Source of the DNA: Cirrosporium novae-zelandiae
Taxonomy: Eukaryota
Assembly: GCA_026023565.1 (NCBI GenBank)
Contig: JAPETS010000024.1
Span: forward strand, 1-64,000
Direction of reading: 5' to 3'
DNA length: 64,000 nucleotides
The notes below the pieces were generated by a model. That model was not told the origin of the DNA and ran no database searches. It was given only the letters and a program-made list of their open reading frames with translations. Shown in pieces: positions 35,541 through 49,786 of this stretch (the first letter of the stretch is position 1; every line of letters begins with the position of its first letter). The translations under genes and the position numbers were made by a program.

Positions 35541-38500
35541 ATGTCTTCTTCAATCCCAACAGCGCCCTTCGGGTCAGCTGAAAATACTGAAGAGTTGGGA
35601 CAGCAAGTAGCAGAAGCTATTAGAAACATGCATGACAACGAGAAGGAAGACGGCAAGGACGCAGATCAAATTAGCTCAACAGCACATTCACACTCAAGAG
35701 ATACAAGTTCTACTAGCTCAGCGACAGCAGGTAAAGAAAACTACGATGTCATTTCGAGGGAAGGCGAGGCACGTGTCGCCCATTTAGCCCGGCAGATGTC
35801 AATGCTATCGAGGAAGAGTACCGACTATGGCGCCCAGGGTTCTCCCAATCCATTTACCGATGCCTCGAGTGACCCTGAATTGGATCCCTTATCTCCGGAG
35901 TTTCGTCCACAGAAGTGGATGAAAGCCCTTCTTCATATCTATTCCCGCGACCCCGAACGGTATCCGCAACGTACGGCTGGCGTTTCTTTTAGCAATCTTA
36001 ATGTTTATGGTTATGGATCCGCGGTCGATTACCAAGACGACGTTGGCAACGTGTGGGCCAAGGGACTTAATATGGCCAAAAGTCTTATTGGTTCCGGCGA
36101 GAAGAGGCGTATCGATATTCTACGTAATTTTGAAGGGTTGGTCAAGAGTGGAGAGATGCTAGTAGTTCTAGGTCGGCCTGGCAGGTAGGTGTCTTTCCCA
36201 CCCAATCTACCAAGGTTGAACTATGATGGCTATCATATACTGACTTCTGGTAGTGGCTGTTCGACCTTTTTAAAGACAATCGCAGGTGAAACCCATGGCC
36301 TCTATCTTGACGAGGGGCATAATATTCAATACCAAGGCATCTCGGCACAACAGATGCACAGCAACTTCCGGGGAGAAGTTGTCTATCAAGCAGAGACGGA
36401 ACAGCACTTCCCTCAATTAACAGTGGGTGAGACCCTTATGTTTGCTGCAAAAGCTCGCGCCCCTCGAAATCGAATTCCAGGTATAACCCGTAACCAATAT
36501 GCCGAGGTTAGGCGTGACGTGGTCATGGCAACCTTTGGGCTCTCGCACACTGTTAATACCAAAATTGGCAATGACTTAATTCGAGGAGTATCTGGCGGGG
36601 AACGCAAGCGTGTTTCTATCGCCGAGGTTGCCTTGACAGGCAGTCCACTGCAATGCTGGGATAACAGTACTCGAGGATTGGATAGCGCTACAGCTCTAGA
36701 GTTTGTCAAGTCCTTGCGACTATCCACGCAATATAGTGGTTCAACAGCTGTTGTCTCAATCTATCAAGCTGGTCAGGCAATTTATGATGTAAGTTCCGCC
36801 TACAACCCTACTTGGTGTGGCAGGAGGTGTTAACATATTATAGTTATTTGATAAGGTCGTCGTCCTTTACGAAGGACGGGAAATCTACTTTGGTCCCATC
36901 CAGGAAGCCCGAGGCTTTTTCGTTGACATGGGATTTGAATGCCCTGATCGACAAACAACGGCAGATTTCCTGACATCGCTCACCAGCCCGGTTGAACGTC
37001 GTGTAAGACCGGGCTGGGAAGACAAAGTCCCTCGAACTCCAGACGAATTTGTGGCCCGATGGACAGCCAGTGCGGATCGCAAGGCCTTGTTGCAGGATAT
37101 CGAAGCCTACGAAAGGGAATTTCCTTTAGGAGGTCAGCAACTTCAGCTCTTCACAGAATCTCGAGCCGCCGAGAAAGCTAAACGTACTCGGATGGAATCT
37201 CCCTATACCTTGTCTTACCCTATGCAGATAAGACTATGTATAGAGCGAGGCTTCCAGCGACTTCATGGCAATATGGGAATGACCCTAGCCACAGTTATTG
37301 GTAATAATATTATGGCTTTGGTCATTGCAAGTGTCTTCTATAATCTATCCGACGATACTTCAAGTTTATATAGCAGAGGAGCCTTGCTTTTCTTTGCCAT
37401 CCTGATGAATGCCTTCTCTAGTGCGTTGGAAATTCTAACTCTTTACGAACAACGTCCAATTGTCGAGAAACACGCCAAATATGCCTTGTACCATCCTTCT
37501 GCCGAAGCTTTGAGTTCCATGATTGTGGATATGCCGGCTAAAATTATCGTTGCCATCATCTTCAACGTGATCATCTACTTCATGCCTAATCTACGGCGCA
37601 CCGCGGGTCATTTCTTCATCTTCCTATTGTTCTCCTTTGCAACAACGCTTACAATGTCAAACATATTCCGAACCATTGGTGCTGCATCACGATCTCTCTC
37701 CCAGGCCATGGTTCCATCAGCCATATTTATCCTAGCATTGGTTACTTATACTGGTTTCAGTATTCCAACTCGGGATATGCATCCCTGGTTCCGTTGGATC
37801 AATTACGTAGACCCCATTGGGTATGGTTTTGAAGCTCTGATGATTAATGAGTTTCATGATAGAGAAATTCCTTGTTCAGTCTACATTCCTACCGGTCCCG
37901 GTTATGAAGACATTACCAATGCGAACCGAATTTGCACTGTTACCGGTGCCAAAGCTGGATTATCTATGGTCAGCGGCGATGATTATATTAATACTGGATT
38001 TGAATATTACGCCAATCATCTTTGGAGGAACTTTGGAATCATTATTGGGTTCTTTGTCTTCTTTTTGATTACCTATCTAATGGCCAGTGAATACATTACA
38101 GCCAAGCCATCCAAGGGAGAGATTCTTGTTTTCCAGAAGGGGCGCATCCCCGCGTTCATGAAGAAGAATAAAGGAACAGACATCGAGGGTGGAGAAATGG
38201 ACGAAAAGGTCCAGTCTGACAATGGCAGTGATACACCAAACCTACAAAAACAAACTGCTATCTTCCAATGGAAAGATGTCTGCTATGATATAAAGATCAA
38301 AGGCCAAACAAGACGGATTCTGGATCACGTTGATGGCTGGGTCAAACCAGGTACATTAACAGCACTCATGGGTGTCTCTGGGGCTGGCAAGACTACCTTG
38401 TTGGATGTTCTTGCTGATCGAGTGACTATGGGTATCGTGACTGGTGAAATGATGGTCGACGGTCGTCTACGCGACGCTTCATTCCAGCGTAAAACGGGCT

Positions 38501-40206
38501 ATGTTCAACAACAGGATTTGCATCTGGAGACCAGTACTGTTCGAGAGGCTCTCATATTCAGCGCTGAACTTCGTCAACCCCCTTCAATTCCTCGAGAAGA
38601 GAAGATCGCCTATGTAGAAGAAGTGATCAAGATGCTTGGAATGGAAGAGTATGCGGAAGCTGTTGTTGGAATCTTAGGTGAAGGCCTGAACGTTGACCAA
38701 CGAAAACGTCTTACTATCGGTGTGGAAATTGCCGCGAAACCCGACCTCCTTCTTTTCTTTGATGAACCTACATCCGGTTTGGACAGCCAGACTGCTTGGT
38801 CCATTTGCTCTTTGATGCGTAAGCTTGCGGACCATGGTCAGGCTATTCTTTGCACCATTCATCAACCATCTGCCATGCTGATGCAGCAATTCGATCGCCT
38901 TCTCTTTTTGGCCAAAGGTGGACGGACGGTCTACTTTGGAGATCTGGGAAACAATATGGAGACTCTCATTAAGTATTTTGAAAAAAACTGCACAGAAAGA
39001 TGTCCTTCTACTGCTAATCCGGCGGAATGGATGCTTGAAGTCATTGGCGCAGCGCCTGGGTCTCATACTGATCATGATTGGCCTGAGGTCTGGAAAGCAA
39101 GTCCAGAAAGAGCTGCTGTGCGAGAGGAACTTGACCAAATGAAAGCAGAACTATCCCAACACCCCATCCGTGAGAGTGAAGCTGGCTACGGAGAATTTGC
39201 TATGCCTCTGTGGTATCAATACTTGGTTATCCAAAAACGTGTTTTCCAGCAATATTGGCGTAGCCCTACCTATATTTACGCAAAATTCGCCCTTTGCTTC
39301 GTCCCACCTCTATTCATTGGATTCTCATTCTACAACTCGCCCAGATCTATACAAGGTCTTCAAAACCAAATGTTCTCAATCTTCATGCTGCTCACCATTC
39401 TCCCCCAACTGGTCCAACAGTCGATGCCATATTTCGTTACCCAGCGCGCGCTATACGAGGCCCGTGAGCGTCCTTCCAAGGCTTACTCTTGGAAGGCTTT
39501 CATGATATCATCCATTATCGTTGAGATTCCATGGAACACGCTGATGTCCGTTTTTGTCTTTGTCACCTGGTATTATCCAATCGGACTGCAAAAGAATGCT
39601 GAATTTACAGATTCGGTAGCCTCACGTGGCGGACTCATGTTCTTACTCATATGGCAATTTCTGATGTTTACAACTACCTTGTCATCTATGGTTATAGCTG
39701 GAATGGAAAAGGCCGAAACTGGCGGCAATATTGCATCGCTCATGTTCTCCATGACATTGATTTTCTGTGGTGTCTTGGCAACTCCTGATGCCCTTCCAAG
39801 GTTTTGGATTTTCATGTATCGCGTCTCTCCTTTCACATATCTTGTCTCTGCTGTCCTTTCTACCGGTCTCGCCAATGCCCCCATCGAATGTTCCAGCATT
39901 GAATTTCTCACCATCCAACCGCCATCAGGCCAGACCTGTCAACAATACCTCTCCGACTACCTGTCATTTGCTGGTGGCAAGCTCACAAATGGAAACGCCA
40001 CTAGCGATTGTCAGTTGTGCTCGATGGCTACGACAAATGCGTACTTGTCTGAGGTCGATATCTCTTTTGACGATCGGTACCGCAATGTGGGCATTTTGTT
40101 TGCATATATTATATTCAACTTTGGTGGTGCACTGTTCTTCTACTGGCTTGCCCGGGTGCCCAAGCATGAGCTCAAGAAGGCCGAGAAAGAGAATAAGCAG
40201 GCGTGA
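35541..40206 (+). CDS. Full-size PDR-type (ABCG) multidrug ABC transporter
   Basis: [40 protein letters not shown] and [14 protein letters not shown] motifs; two introns (~36185-36253, ~36789-36843). Confidence 0.96.
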
Positions 40207-40989
40207 TTTTTTATTTTTTATTTTCGGCAGGATATTTTGTTGTTGTAATAGTATATATACATTCTTTCGTTCTGATATTTTGAAGTCGACTTTACTAAAG
40301 TAGTTGGCTGTCTGGCCTTATAGACTTAAGAACATTACAGTGTTTCCATAGTTTTGGATAATTTATAGAAATAGAATTAAGTGCTCCAAAACACAGATGA
40401 CCAACCTATATATAGCTTCGTGATGCAGGGGTTTCCCCGTGAGTTTTTAGGTATGTGGAGCCTGAGGAAGATAGATGCACGGTTATATCACTTTTATGGA
40501 AAAACCAGGTGATGATGTTGGATATAGGTGACTGGTACTTATCATTGCTCATTATTGCATCGGAGCTCCCGTTATCGTTAAAGTGACAGGTACCTTGTAA
40601 TTGATAACCGAGGTCTTTCTATCATTGTCCCTCCCATCATAAAAAGGACCGTTAACCCTCCAAAACATCTTGAATTTTACTCTAATCGGGGTATTTTGAT
40701 CGCCTGACAGGTCTTTCTGTTAAAGGGGGGCTGAATATTCACTTTTCTGTGAGGCTGTTTGGTAACAACACCCCAGAAGCTCACTATCTCTACATGCTCT
40801 TATCTTCTCTATCACTTCCACCTCCACAACAGACAGAACTATAGTTATCAAATCGATCACGAGGGAATTTAATGTCTGTCACGAGCTCCACCTTCTTAAA
40901 GGCCAATACTTCCATCGGTTCTATATCAATTGGTTATTTTCCAACCCTACCCGCTCTACTCTACAATTAAATTCGAAACATAGCTCACC

Positions 40990-41733
40990 ATGACAACCAA
41001 CACACTCCCTCACGTACCTCAGGTCGATCCTCTCCCTCCATACTCTAGCAATGACCCCGAGACTTGTTCCGTTCGCTCTGCAGCTCCATCATATCGTTCC
41101 TTAGCACCTTCCTATCGTACAGCCATCGACCGTACACAGCAGCGGCCTTTTCCCAGTATCGAAGCCCCCGTGGAAAATACCATCCCTCGCGGTCTCCCAT
41201 CTCCCACTTTCGCCCCTGGCTTTCGATGCCGCAATGGCAAATTCGGTTCCATGGAAAACATGTACAACGTCTCTTCATGGAGCAATGCAACAATGAGCAA
41301 TCCACAAGCCCGCCAATACAGGAATGTCGCCCACCGACGAGTAGCCCGAGCGACTTTCCAAGAAGACACCACCAAGATCCCAGCCACCGCACTCAGCGGT
41401 TCCCTATCTCCTCTCGTAAACGCCTCCACCACCACCGATCCAACCCACCTAAACCAGAAAACAGAAGAAGAACCGCTTAGCCCCCACGAGGATCCAGATC
41501 TCGTGGGCGAGGTTGCAGCCGCAAGGGCAAAGTCACAGAGACTTTACATGCAGAATTGGAATCAGGAGGAGATGCTACGGCAGGAGGGTCATACGTGGGA
41601 CTTCTTTTTGACGCAGATGGCGGATTGGGAGGAACGGGATAAGAGCTGGAAGAAGTTCAGGAGTGAGGTGGAACGGGGTGGGATGCTTGGGAGGAGAATT
41701 GGTCTTGGGAGACCTGGTAGAAAGAGGAGGTAA
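40990..41733 (+). CDS. Conserved fungal hypothetical protein
   Basis: 247-aa ORF with SVRSAAPSY, NPQARQYRNVAHRR, PHEDPDLVGE and MADWEERDKSW motifs. Confidence 0.75.
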   Translation: MTTNTLPHVPQVDPLPPYSSNDPETCSVRSAAPSYRSLAPSYRTAIDRTQQRPFPSIEAPVENTIPRGLPSPTFAPGFRCRNGKFGSMENMYNVSSWSNATMSNPQARQYRNVAHRRVARATFQEDTTKIPATALSGSLSPLVNASTTTDPTHLNQKTEEEPLSPHEDPDLVGEVAAARAKSQRLYMQNWNQEEMLRQEGHTWDFFLTQMADWEERDKSWKKFRSEVERGGMLGRRIGLGRPGRKRR

Positions 41734-42239
41734 ATGTAAGAGGAGGGAAGGGGAGATGGGCTGGCTGGTTAGGGTGGATGGGCATATATGATTATGATTT
41801 CATGGTTTGGATGATGATGATGATGATGATGAATGACTCTCGTCACGAAGGAAGAGGAAAAAAAGTTATGAATTATGAATTATGAACACAGCGGGGCAGG
41901 GTGGAGCGGCCTTTATTTATGAATTACACTACACACACGAGCTTGAATACATATATTATGGTGTTTGGTGAGTTAAGGGAGGGATAGGGGAGGGATTAGG
42001 GGGATTATGGAGTATGTAAATACATATAATAGCAACGGAATCAATATACGAATGGACTTAAAGGACCTTTTTGTTGTCTTTAATAATGAGGATTCTAGGA
42101 TCAATTATCTAATTTATATCTTGGGACATTTTTTGGTATATAAATAACCCCTAGGCTACTCTAGCCTTTCTTCTTCTTCTTCTTCTTCTTCTTCTTCTAT
42201 TTCTTTCAAATAATCCCCACAAGGATAATAAATAAATAA

Positions 42240-42447
42240 GTACATGTACTATACAAGTAATTATTTAAGAGATATCTAGTCTAATGACATTTACTTCTAG
42301 ATAAATTCGTTAGAGTAATTAGACTAATTAGAGCCTTGGTCCTATTTACTTACCTGATTCGTGTAATTTACAAGATAATATAGGAATGAAATATGACCAC
42401 CAGAATGAATGAATGAATGAAACACAACTGATAATTATATACCAGCC

Positions 42448-42506
<59 letters not shown>

Positions 42507-42660
42507 CCAAATCAACTAATTAATTAGCACCTCTCTTAAGAAAAATCTAAATATTAATCCAAATCTAATCTCAGGAGCTTACAGTAATTACGGTACTGGC
42601 GCTTACTTTGCTACTAATTAGGGCCTAGGATTCAAGTGGTGAAAATAGGGCATACGTTTC
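42240..42660 (+). repeat. Degenerate dispersed repeat, copy A (contains (AG)n(TG)n at 42451-42504)
   Basis: Colinear blocks shared with the reverse complement of 52080-52305. Confidence 0.6.
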
Positions 42661-42978
42661 CATCCCCCCCCCCTAAATATCGAATTCAAAATAGAACTTT
42701 TATATAACAAAAAGAGGGGGTAAGGTAAAACCAATATATACAAAGCAACCCTACATTTCCACACACACTGGCTAGGGGATGAATTTCATCAAAGAGGGAC
42801 TAATTAATTAAAACCCATCCAAATTTTTTTTTTTCATTTCCAATTTCCTGAATTCCCGTTTTCATCGTTCATCGTCGTCGTTCATTTGTCATCATTTGTC
42901 AAATATCAGTTATATCCAGTTAGTTTATAAATGATATAGTACTCGTCCCCCTTTACTTGCTAATAGTATTGGTCCCAT

Positions 42979-43945
42979 CTAGCAGCTCTTGGTAGACACA
43001 GAAGAGGTAACGCAATAAGTTCCATCAGGCTTGGAAGCAACCTTGGTGGGCTCATCCCCATCATCGTTTCCATCATAAAGCCAGCAGATGGAAGAGTCGA
43101 GGATGCACGAGTTCTTGATAACCGTGGTATCGCCGTAGTTCTCGTTGATTCCGGCCACGACCGAGGCTCCGTTGACGCGGATGTTGGTGAAGGTCGATTT
43201 GCGCTTGTATTGGGTGTCGCAGTTTCCGCAGCTGCGGTATACTTTCCCGACATCTTCGGCCTGAAAAAAAAAGGTATGATGTTAGTTTTTGATAATGATG
43301 ATAAGGGAATCGTCAATGAGAAGATAATATTTACGTAGAAATTCTTGACAGCAAGAGTTCCGCCGCCATTATGTTGTAGGACCTTGTCGTCGGCTGAAAA
43401 GGCTCCTCCGCCGTTGACATAGGATGTACCGGAGGTCTGCTTGAGGGTGAGAGCATCCTCACAAACGTTGGACCACCAGACGTTGTTCAACGTGCAGGTT
43501 CCCTTGCAGTGAACACCTGTACACTCAATTAGAAAAGACGACTACGAAAACATGGACTTGGAAAACCTACCCTCGCCGTTGTTCGGGCCAATGATACAGT
43601 TGCTGAGTGTTGCGCCAGCCTTCAGAATGAAGACGGCATCAGCATCGCCACCTTCGGATTGATCCTCGCATGTCGAAGCTATTGAAAAGTTTAGTGCCTG
43701 GAGACAAGCCTGCATTCATGGCTAGTGACTGGCATTAGAAGATACTTACGGCTTCTATCGAATTTCTTCATGCCACAGTCGAAGGAAACACCGGCTGCGA
43801 TAGTCTTTGCGGCGGATAGGGCACTGGTGCCGCTGGACTTGGGAAGAGAAGTTTGAAGGGCCGTGTTGGTAGTGGCTCGTTCCGCGAGCTCTGCAGCAGA
43901 TACGCCGCTAATAGCTGCAAGCACAGCGATAGCGTTGAACTTCAT
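42979..43945 (-). CDS. Pectate lyase, PL3 family, secreted
   Basis: Signal peptide; [56 protein letters not shown] and GINENYGDT motifs; three introns. Confidence 0.93.
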
Positions 43946-45968
43946 CTTGATAAGAAGGAGAGCTGTAGCTAGGAAACTCAGGTGAGTAGTATATAAAACA
44001 GCCGATGATGCGATGAGCGAGATGGTGAAAGAAGGAGAATCAAAAGGGACGACAAGGCCATATTTATACAGCGTAGGCTCATAACGTTAAGCTGTTTTTC
44101 GGCACAAAGCCTTGACTGAGAACGAGAAGCAGTATAGCTCACCACGGCAAACATATTGGCGGTGATGAACGAAGCAAGTGTAGGAGAGTGCCAGAACAGC
44201 AAGGTAGCAATGACCACGGAGTTGACTTCGAGAAAACGGATGAAGATATTCCCTCGATGATAGGAATAATGTTTTAGGCCATGTAACTTAGGTGCCAAGT
44301 CCAGAACTGACTCCCAAGCTTTACTTGGACCCTTCTCGACCGCATTTGATCCCTGCGATTGAGCTTTTCCGCTGTGGTTCCTGACAAGCACACCGGGGTG
44401 GAGATTAAGAACGGTCCAGGATCACTTGAAGATCCCTGACGCCAAGCCTCCGCCAAGCCGCTGATATCTCTCCTTGTCGGAGGGGATACCTTATCCTTCC
44501 TTCTGCCGTGTACCGTCACGCTTGTTAATGCCAGGTTCATGCCAGGTCCTACGACAAGACTTAGCACTGCCACAATCGTTGCCCCATCCATCATCAGTTG
44601 AGGTGCCAGCGTTTCCTTTTCAGGAAGGATGTTGGTCACCGTGCGATGGTGGACAACAACTGTTGGCTTGGACATCTCCTACCCATCCATCATGAGCTTG
44701 TCCCAGTAATTGCTATGACTTGTGTCAGGCACAGTTGACCACGGAAGCAGAATGCAAGTCAATGTAAATAATAACAATTAATATCGAGACGGGAAAATAT
44801 GATCGGCCTCCCCCAGCAGCAATACCAGCTTCCTCTGTTGAATGCCGAGCTATCAATCACGAGAGAAAGCTGGAAGCGACAATAAAGATGATTGACCAAA
44901 TAGAACATAAACACCTAATAGAATAAATACTGTATAGCACCGTTAAAGATATAGTATAACTGTATAAGGAATCTCGTAGAAAAGCATTTTCTCTAGGTTG
45001 TTAGTTGCCATTCGGGTATTTCGTGGGTCAAAATCTTGACCTTATTCTTCAAGATTCAAATCGAGAATTTTCCGCTCCCCACGACCCCGCATATGAATGC
45101 AGTCCAGTCAGAATTGGGCGTGTCCTGACTCCTGCCACCCTAGAAAATTATAAGAGGCTTGGCAAACTCGGCGGAAACCAACCTCCGAGTGCCAAGCGGA
45201 TATTTTGCGGGAAATTTCTTCTTAGCATAGACGAGGCGGAAAGCACGGCTTGATAGGCTGTATACCAAAACCATTGAGAATATTTGATATGTGTAGTTAG
45301 CTATCGTAAATGTTGGATGGCTGGAACTGGACGTCTAAAGGCTTTTAGCACAAAAGACAATCACACTTCCAATAATGAAACTTGGAGGTTCCTCAACATT
45401 ACAAATAAAATAATTTCAGATACACTGCAAAAGAAAGTGGCCCTACTGTCATCTAGGCACACCTGTAACCATCCATAACCACGTTGGACACGCGTAAACG
45501 ATAAAATAGAGCACGCTAAGAAATGTTCCCACAGACTCCGCCCCTAACATAGGCTGGTCTAACTCATTAATACACTAGCTTGGTAGACGGCGTGTTCAAG
45601 AAGCATTTTAGCATAAGGGAAACCGTTGCTACCTACCATCTGCCCAAGCCTGCATTGTTCTTATACAACGCAGAGGGTATTGCCACCAAGCATATTCGGT
45701 GCCAGCGTTGCAGAGTATCTATTGTCACACATACTCCGACAGAGTTAAATATTTATCGCCGGTGGAATGGAGTTTCATACCAACGGCCAGTTGTTGCAGT
45801 CAATTTGGCCAAGATGTTGATTGGGCAACATGAATAGACCAACTGTTGTGAAGGAAGCCTCTTGTGGACTTACCTAAATAAGCTTCAAAATTCGCGACCT
45901 GGGATAGCGAAGTGCATCTGCTGAATTCAATACTGCCCGATCAATCGAAAGCGTTCAACCAGGGCTCT

Positions 45969-47471
45969 TCAGGATTTTAAATCAAGACAAAGCGATACCG
46001 CTGAAGTTGGCTCTTGACCAGATTCTCGTCTCGACCGTGTTTGATACTTAGGGCTCGGCGGCATATCCCACGTTTGACCCTTCAGATCCCTAGGACCCTC
46101 GAATGTCATTGTGACAGGAGCTCTTGCAACTGGCCTAGACGAAGATTCCCTTGAAGTTTGTTTGAGACTCAAGCAAGTAAGTCCTTTTTGCTTCCGAGAG
46201 CGAGGTAACCTATCTTTCACCTTCATTGGATTCCATGACCATTGGAACATCTTCCGAGAAGCTTCGCCTGGTATTGATATGCTTAATATCTCGGTTTCGT
46301 TTGGATCTATCGGATCAGAGGAAATTTCGAAAATTGTAGTACTGGTTTTTCGGCTTCGTTTCACGGTTGAGTCTGTGGAACATACAGCAGCGGCCTGAGC
46401 ATGGGTTGAACCCACCTCATCGACTTGAGAGGAACTTTCGCGATCCCAATTCGGTTGATCCTCCCATATGATTTCGTGAACGCTCTTACGGGAAACAATA
46501 CACGTACTGCTCTGTCGTCGTTTCGGGAGGATAATAGAATCAGAGAGAGGTGTCTTATGGATTCCTTGATCTTCTTTACGCACAAATTCAGCTTGAACAT
46601 CAGAAAATGTTAGAGCTGAATCGGGTCCTGAAGGGAATTCTAAATATTGTTGCCCCTGGCCAATGGCACTTGATCGCTGAGGAAAAGTTGTTGCGAAGAT
46701 ACTAGATGAGGCGACCGGATCAGTAGAATTCCCGTGCATACTAATCCCAATTGGAGGTATGATTTTCTCTGTGGCTTTTCTCAACGTAATTGTAGAGGGC
46801 ATTGATTTATCTTTCATTGGTAGTAGGCCTTTCACGGTATGGCCATCATTCGATCTGGCTTGATGGCTGCGAAAGGTCGAGGTCATATCTATGATACTAC
46901 TTTTGACCGCAGTCTCGTGGCGAGAATCAACTGCTGGAACTAGAGATTGAGACCGAGACGTCGTGGGCCGAGTAACTTGCCATGAACCATCTGAATAGGC
47001 AACACGATGATGTGTCAAGTCTCTATTGGAAATATGTGATTTCATAAGAGGTGTACTACCCACATGTTTCCGAACCACCAATGGTGTACTTTTTGTGCTC
47101 TGGGTGTCAGAAAATACACTCTCATGTGGTTTATTTGCTTCAACGCCGCTGTTTTGGCGGCTCTTCATTTGCCTAGATGGTTCCACCATGTTTAGTGAGA
47201 TATGATCATCCGAGCTAGGTCTAAAAGGAGGCAAGTCATCTAAGGACGTTATGGGGGGACTGAGGAACAAGCTATTGGTCCTTCCATCGGAATATGAAGG
47301 ACGATGCATAGTGCTCGACTGAGACCTCAAAAGCGGGGAGGAACTCAATGAGTCCATGATAGGGAGACTTTGTTGTGATGCATTGGTAGGAATCGCACAC
47401 GGCTCTTTGAGAAAATCTAGGGCCGATTGACGAGATAGGTTGCTAATTTGTTCGGATCGTGAGATAGCCAT
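45969..47471 (-). CDS. Ser/Pro-rich hypothetical protein
   Basis: 500-aa uninterrupted ORF, likely disordered; no domain recognised. Confidence 0.55.
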   Translation of the reverse strand: MAISRSEQISNLSRQSALDFLKEPCAIPTNASQQSLPIMDSLSSSPLLRSQSSTMHRPSYSDGRTNSLFLSPPITSLDDLPPFRPSSDDHISLNMVEPSRQMKSRQNSGVEANKPHESVFSDTQSTKSTPLVVRKHVGSTPLMKSHISNRDLTHHRVAYSDGSWQVTRPTTSRSQSLVPAVDSRHETAVKSSIIDMTSTFRSHQARSNDGHTVKGLLPMKDKSMPSTITLRKATEKIIPPIGISMHGNSTDPVASSSIFATTFPQRSSAIGQGQQYLEFPSGPDSALTFSDVQAEFVRKEDQGIHKTPLSDSIILPKRRQSSTCIVSRKSVHEIIWEDQPNWDRESSSQVDEVGSTHAQAAAVCSTDSTVKRSRKTSTTIFEISSDPIDPNETEILSISIPGEASRKMFQWSWNPMKVKDRLPRSRKQKGLTCLSLKQTSRESSSRPVARAPVTMTFEGPRDLKGQTWDMPPSPKYQTRSRRESGQEPTSAVSLCLDLKS

Positions 47472-49786
47472 TCGCAGTTAATGGTATCGTCTGTTGAGTC
47501 GAGTGGACTTGAAGGCCTGCTTCAAAGTGAAAATAACAATTATAGGAGAAAAATCTGTGACCATATCAATGAGAAGTACATTTATTTAGGTGATATAGAT
47601 AGGTAGTAAAAAGGAACCTATATCTGCGAAGCCCTCATTCAGACACTGCCACCTTAACAAGATGAGTTGAATCATGCACGTGACCGCTGGCGCGACCCTC
47701 CTTCTTTTCCCATCCTTTTTTTTTTACATCACCCTTCCGCACTTCCTCCCAATGCTCACGCCAACTCTTAAAGATCGACACCCCATACTTTTTATGATAG
47801 AGACCACAGCGGAAGAGATTTAACGACTGTTCACCGAAGCCGGTAATTTATTTAATTTAATTAAAATTAGGATTTGTTTTTAGATAGCTACCTGTTTATC
47901 TACTGGGTAAGAATGCAATAAACTCTATCATCGTCACGTATTTACGAACAACAAACTGCGATATGTTATTACATTGCATTTGTCTCAATATTGTATATCA
48001 ATTTCTAGAAACTTTCAACTATTTAAATGGACATATTTTATAATTATTCTAAAATTTACAGCCTCTTCCAACAATGTGAGGGTGCATGGCGACGGAATTT
48101 GCGACCTGAGGCTGCGGGTTGCGGCTGAAAATTGCCGCAAGTTGGGGTTGCGGCAAATTAACGACTTGTGCCTTAATAAAAACTTCAGTCGGCGTCTGGA
48201 GGGAAACATTAGTCAATTGCTACAGTATAGTTTCATTACGTTATTATCGTAAAAAGTTTTACTCAATTGCTTTCTGAGCCAGGCTCCTTTGACTCTGGCC
48301 CACCTATCTCCATCGTAACGAACAGCACCTTGTAACAAACGAAGAGCACTTCGTAACGAACGGAAAGCACTTCGTAGCACCTCGTAACGAAAAGCATTTC
48401 ACGGGACTCAGCTTGCCCCAGTCTACACGTAATGGCCCGGCTAAGTTCAACAGCTCATCCACACGCGTTTCATTCTCTACAAAGCTAGGAGCCATCATTG
48501 AGTTCGGCGGAGCTGCTTCTTCCTAACGGCTAGGCCGAGCGGTGAAGGAAATAGGGACAAATTTGGGGGTGTAGGAAATAAGGACCAGCTTCTGGTGAAG
48601 GGAATAAGGGACGGATTGGTGATGAAGGAAATGAAGATGAACTTGTAGAAGGAGTTATGGACGAGTTAGGAATAAGGACGAACTTTGTGGTGAAGGGAAT
48701 AACGAAGAAGGGAATAAGGGCAGAGGGACTAAGGCCGAACTTGTGGTGAAAATAAGCATACTCTACATACTCTACTTGGCTGAAGGATGCAGAATGCCTG
48801 CCACCCCAACCAACATTACACCACAATTCACCGTAATTAAACATTTATTTCAACGTTAACATAGTCTTTTTTTCTATTTTTTTTTTATAAAATCTAATCT
48901 TGATGATAAGATCAATATATATAATTATATATATTGATCATTATATCTTGGAAATCGAGTTATCTACGCTACTGCAGATTTTCATTCCCTAATCCGTCTC
49001 CTCATCTAACATTTGGTGTAAATATAATATTCCGCAACCTCCAAGCAAAACCCATTGATTGATCTATGCCGTTTGAAACATCATTTTCGGACTTTAGTGT
49101 TTTGAAAGTCTAGACCTGCTATACTTTATGCACTTGACTAGGATATGAATTTTCGCCGTCTCCTCTCTTGCTGTCGAGTGACGCGTCACTGTCTACCAAT
49201 GTTTATCACCTATGTTCATCGTCCTTTCACATGGCCAAAGTGACGCGTTTATGGAGGTCTAATTCCACAGCTTGCCAGGCTGTTGGCATTCACTTGGCTC
49301 AATATCAGCTTGATTAAGCTATTATATATATGATAGTCTTCATACGTCACCCTCAATTCCGGCTGCTAGCCCTGAATTGTTTCAATTTGAGGGTAATTAT
49401 TGACGCAGGTACCACAGCGCCTTGCTGTGCTGCCATGTTGGCATGCATTGTAGGTGGCTGAGTTGTACCTGCTACAACAATTTGGGATTGAACAAGTACG
49501 TATTAGATATATACTGTAATGTGACCTAGCATTGTGACTGACTCGATTTGGTAGTCGGTCTATGATTGTGGTATTCTGGAGTCGAGGGATGGATGCTCCC
49601 ACTCGGGCCCTGAGAAACCTTGTACGGTTATCGTCATGGGTTATATGTTATATATAAGGCTTGTAATCCTCATAACAGATGGCCTACTCCCAGGTCTTGT
49701 CTCTCCATTCGTCATTACTATCCAACGAAACCAAACGCTCGTTTGATACGCTCGCGCTTGACTTCTTGATTTAGTTTAACCCAAAC

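Noticed and set aside
33072..40303. Antisense and overlapping ORFs within the AKR and ABC genes
   Set aside because: Shadow frames of real coding sequence.
48310..48750. CRISPR-like array
   Set aside because: Eukaryotic DNA; repeats are degenerate and lack unique regular spacers.
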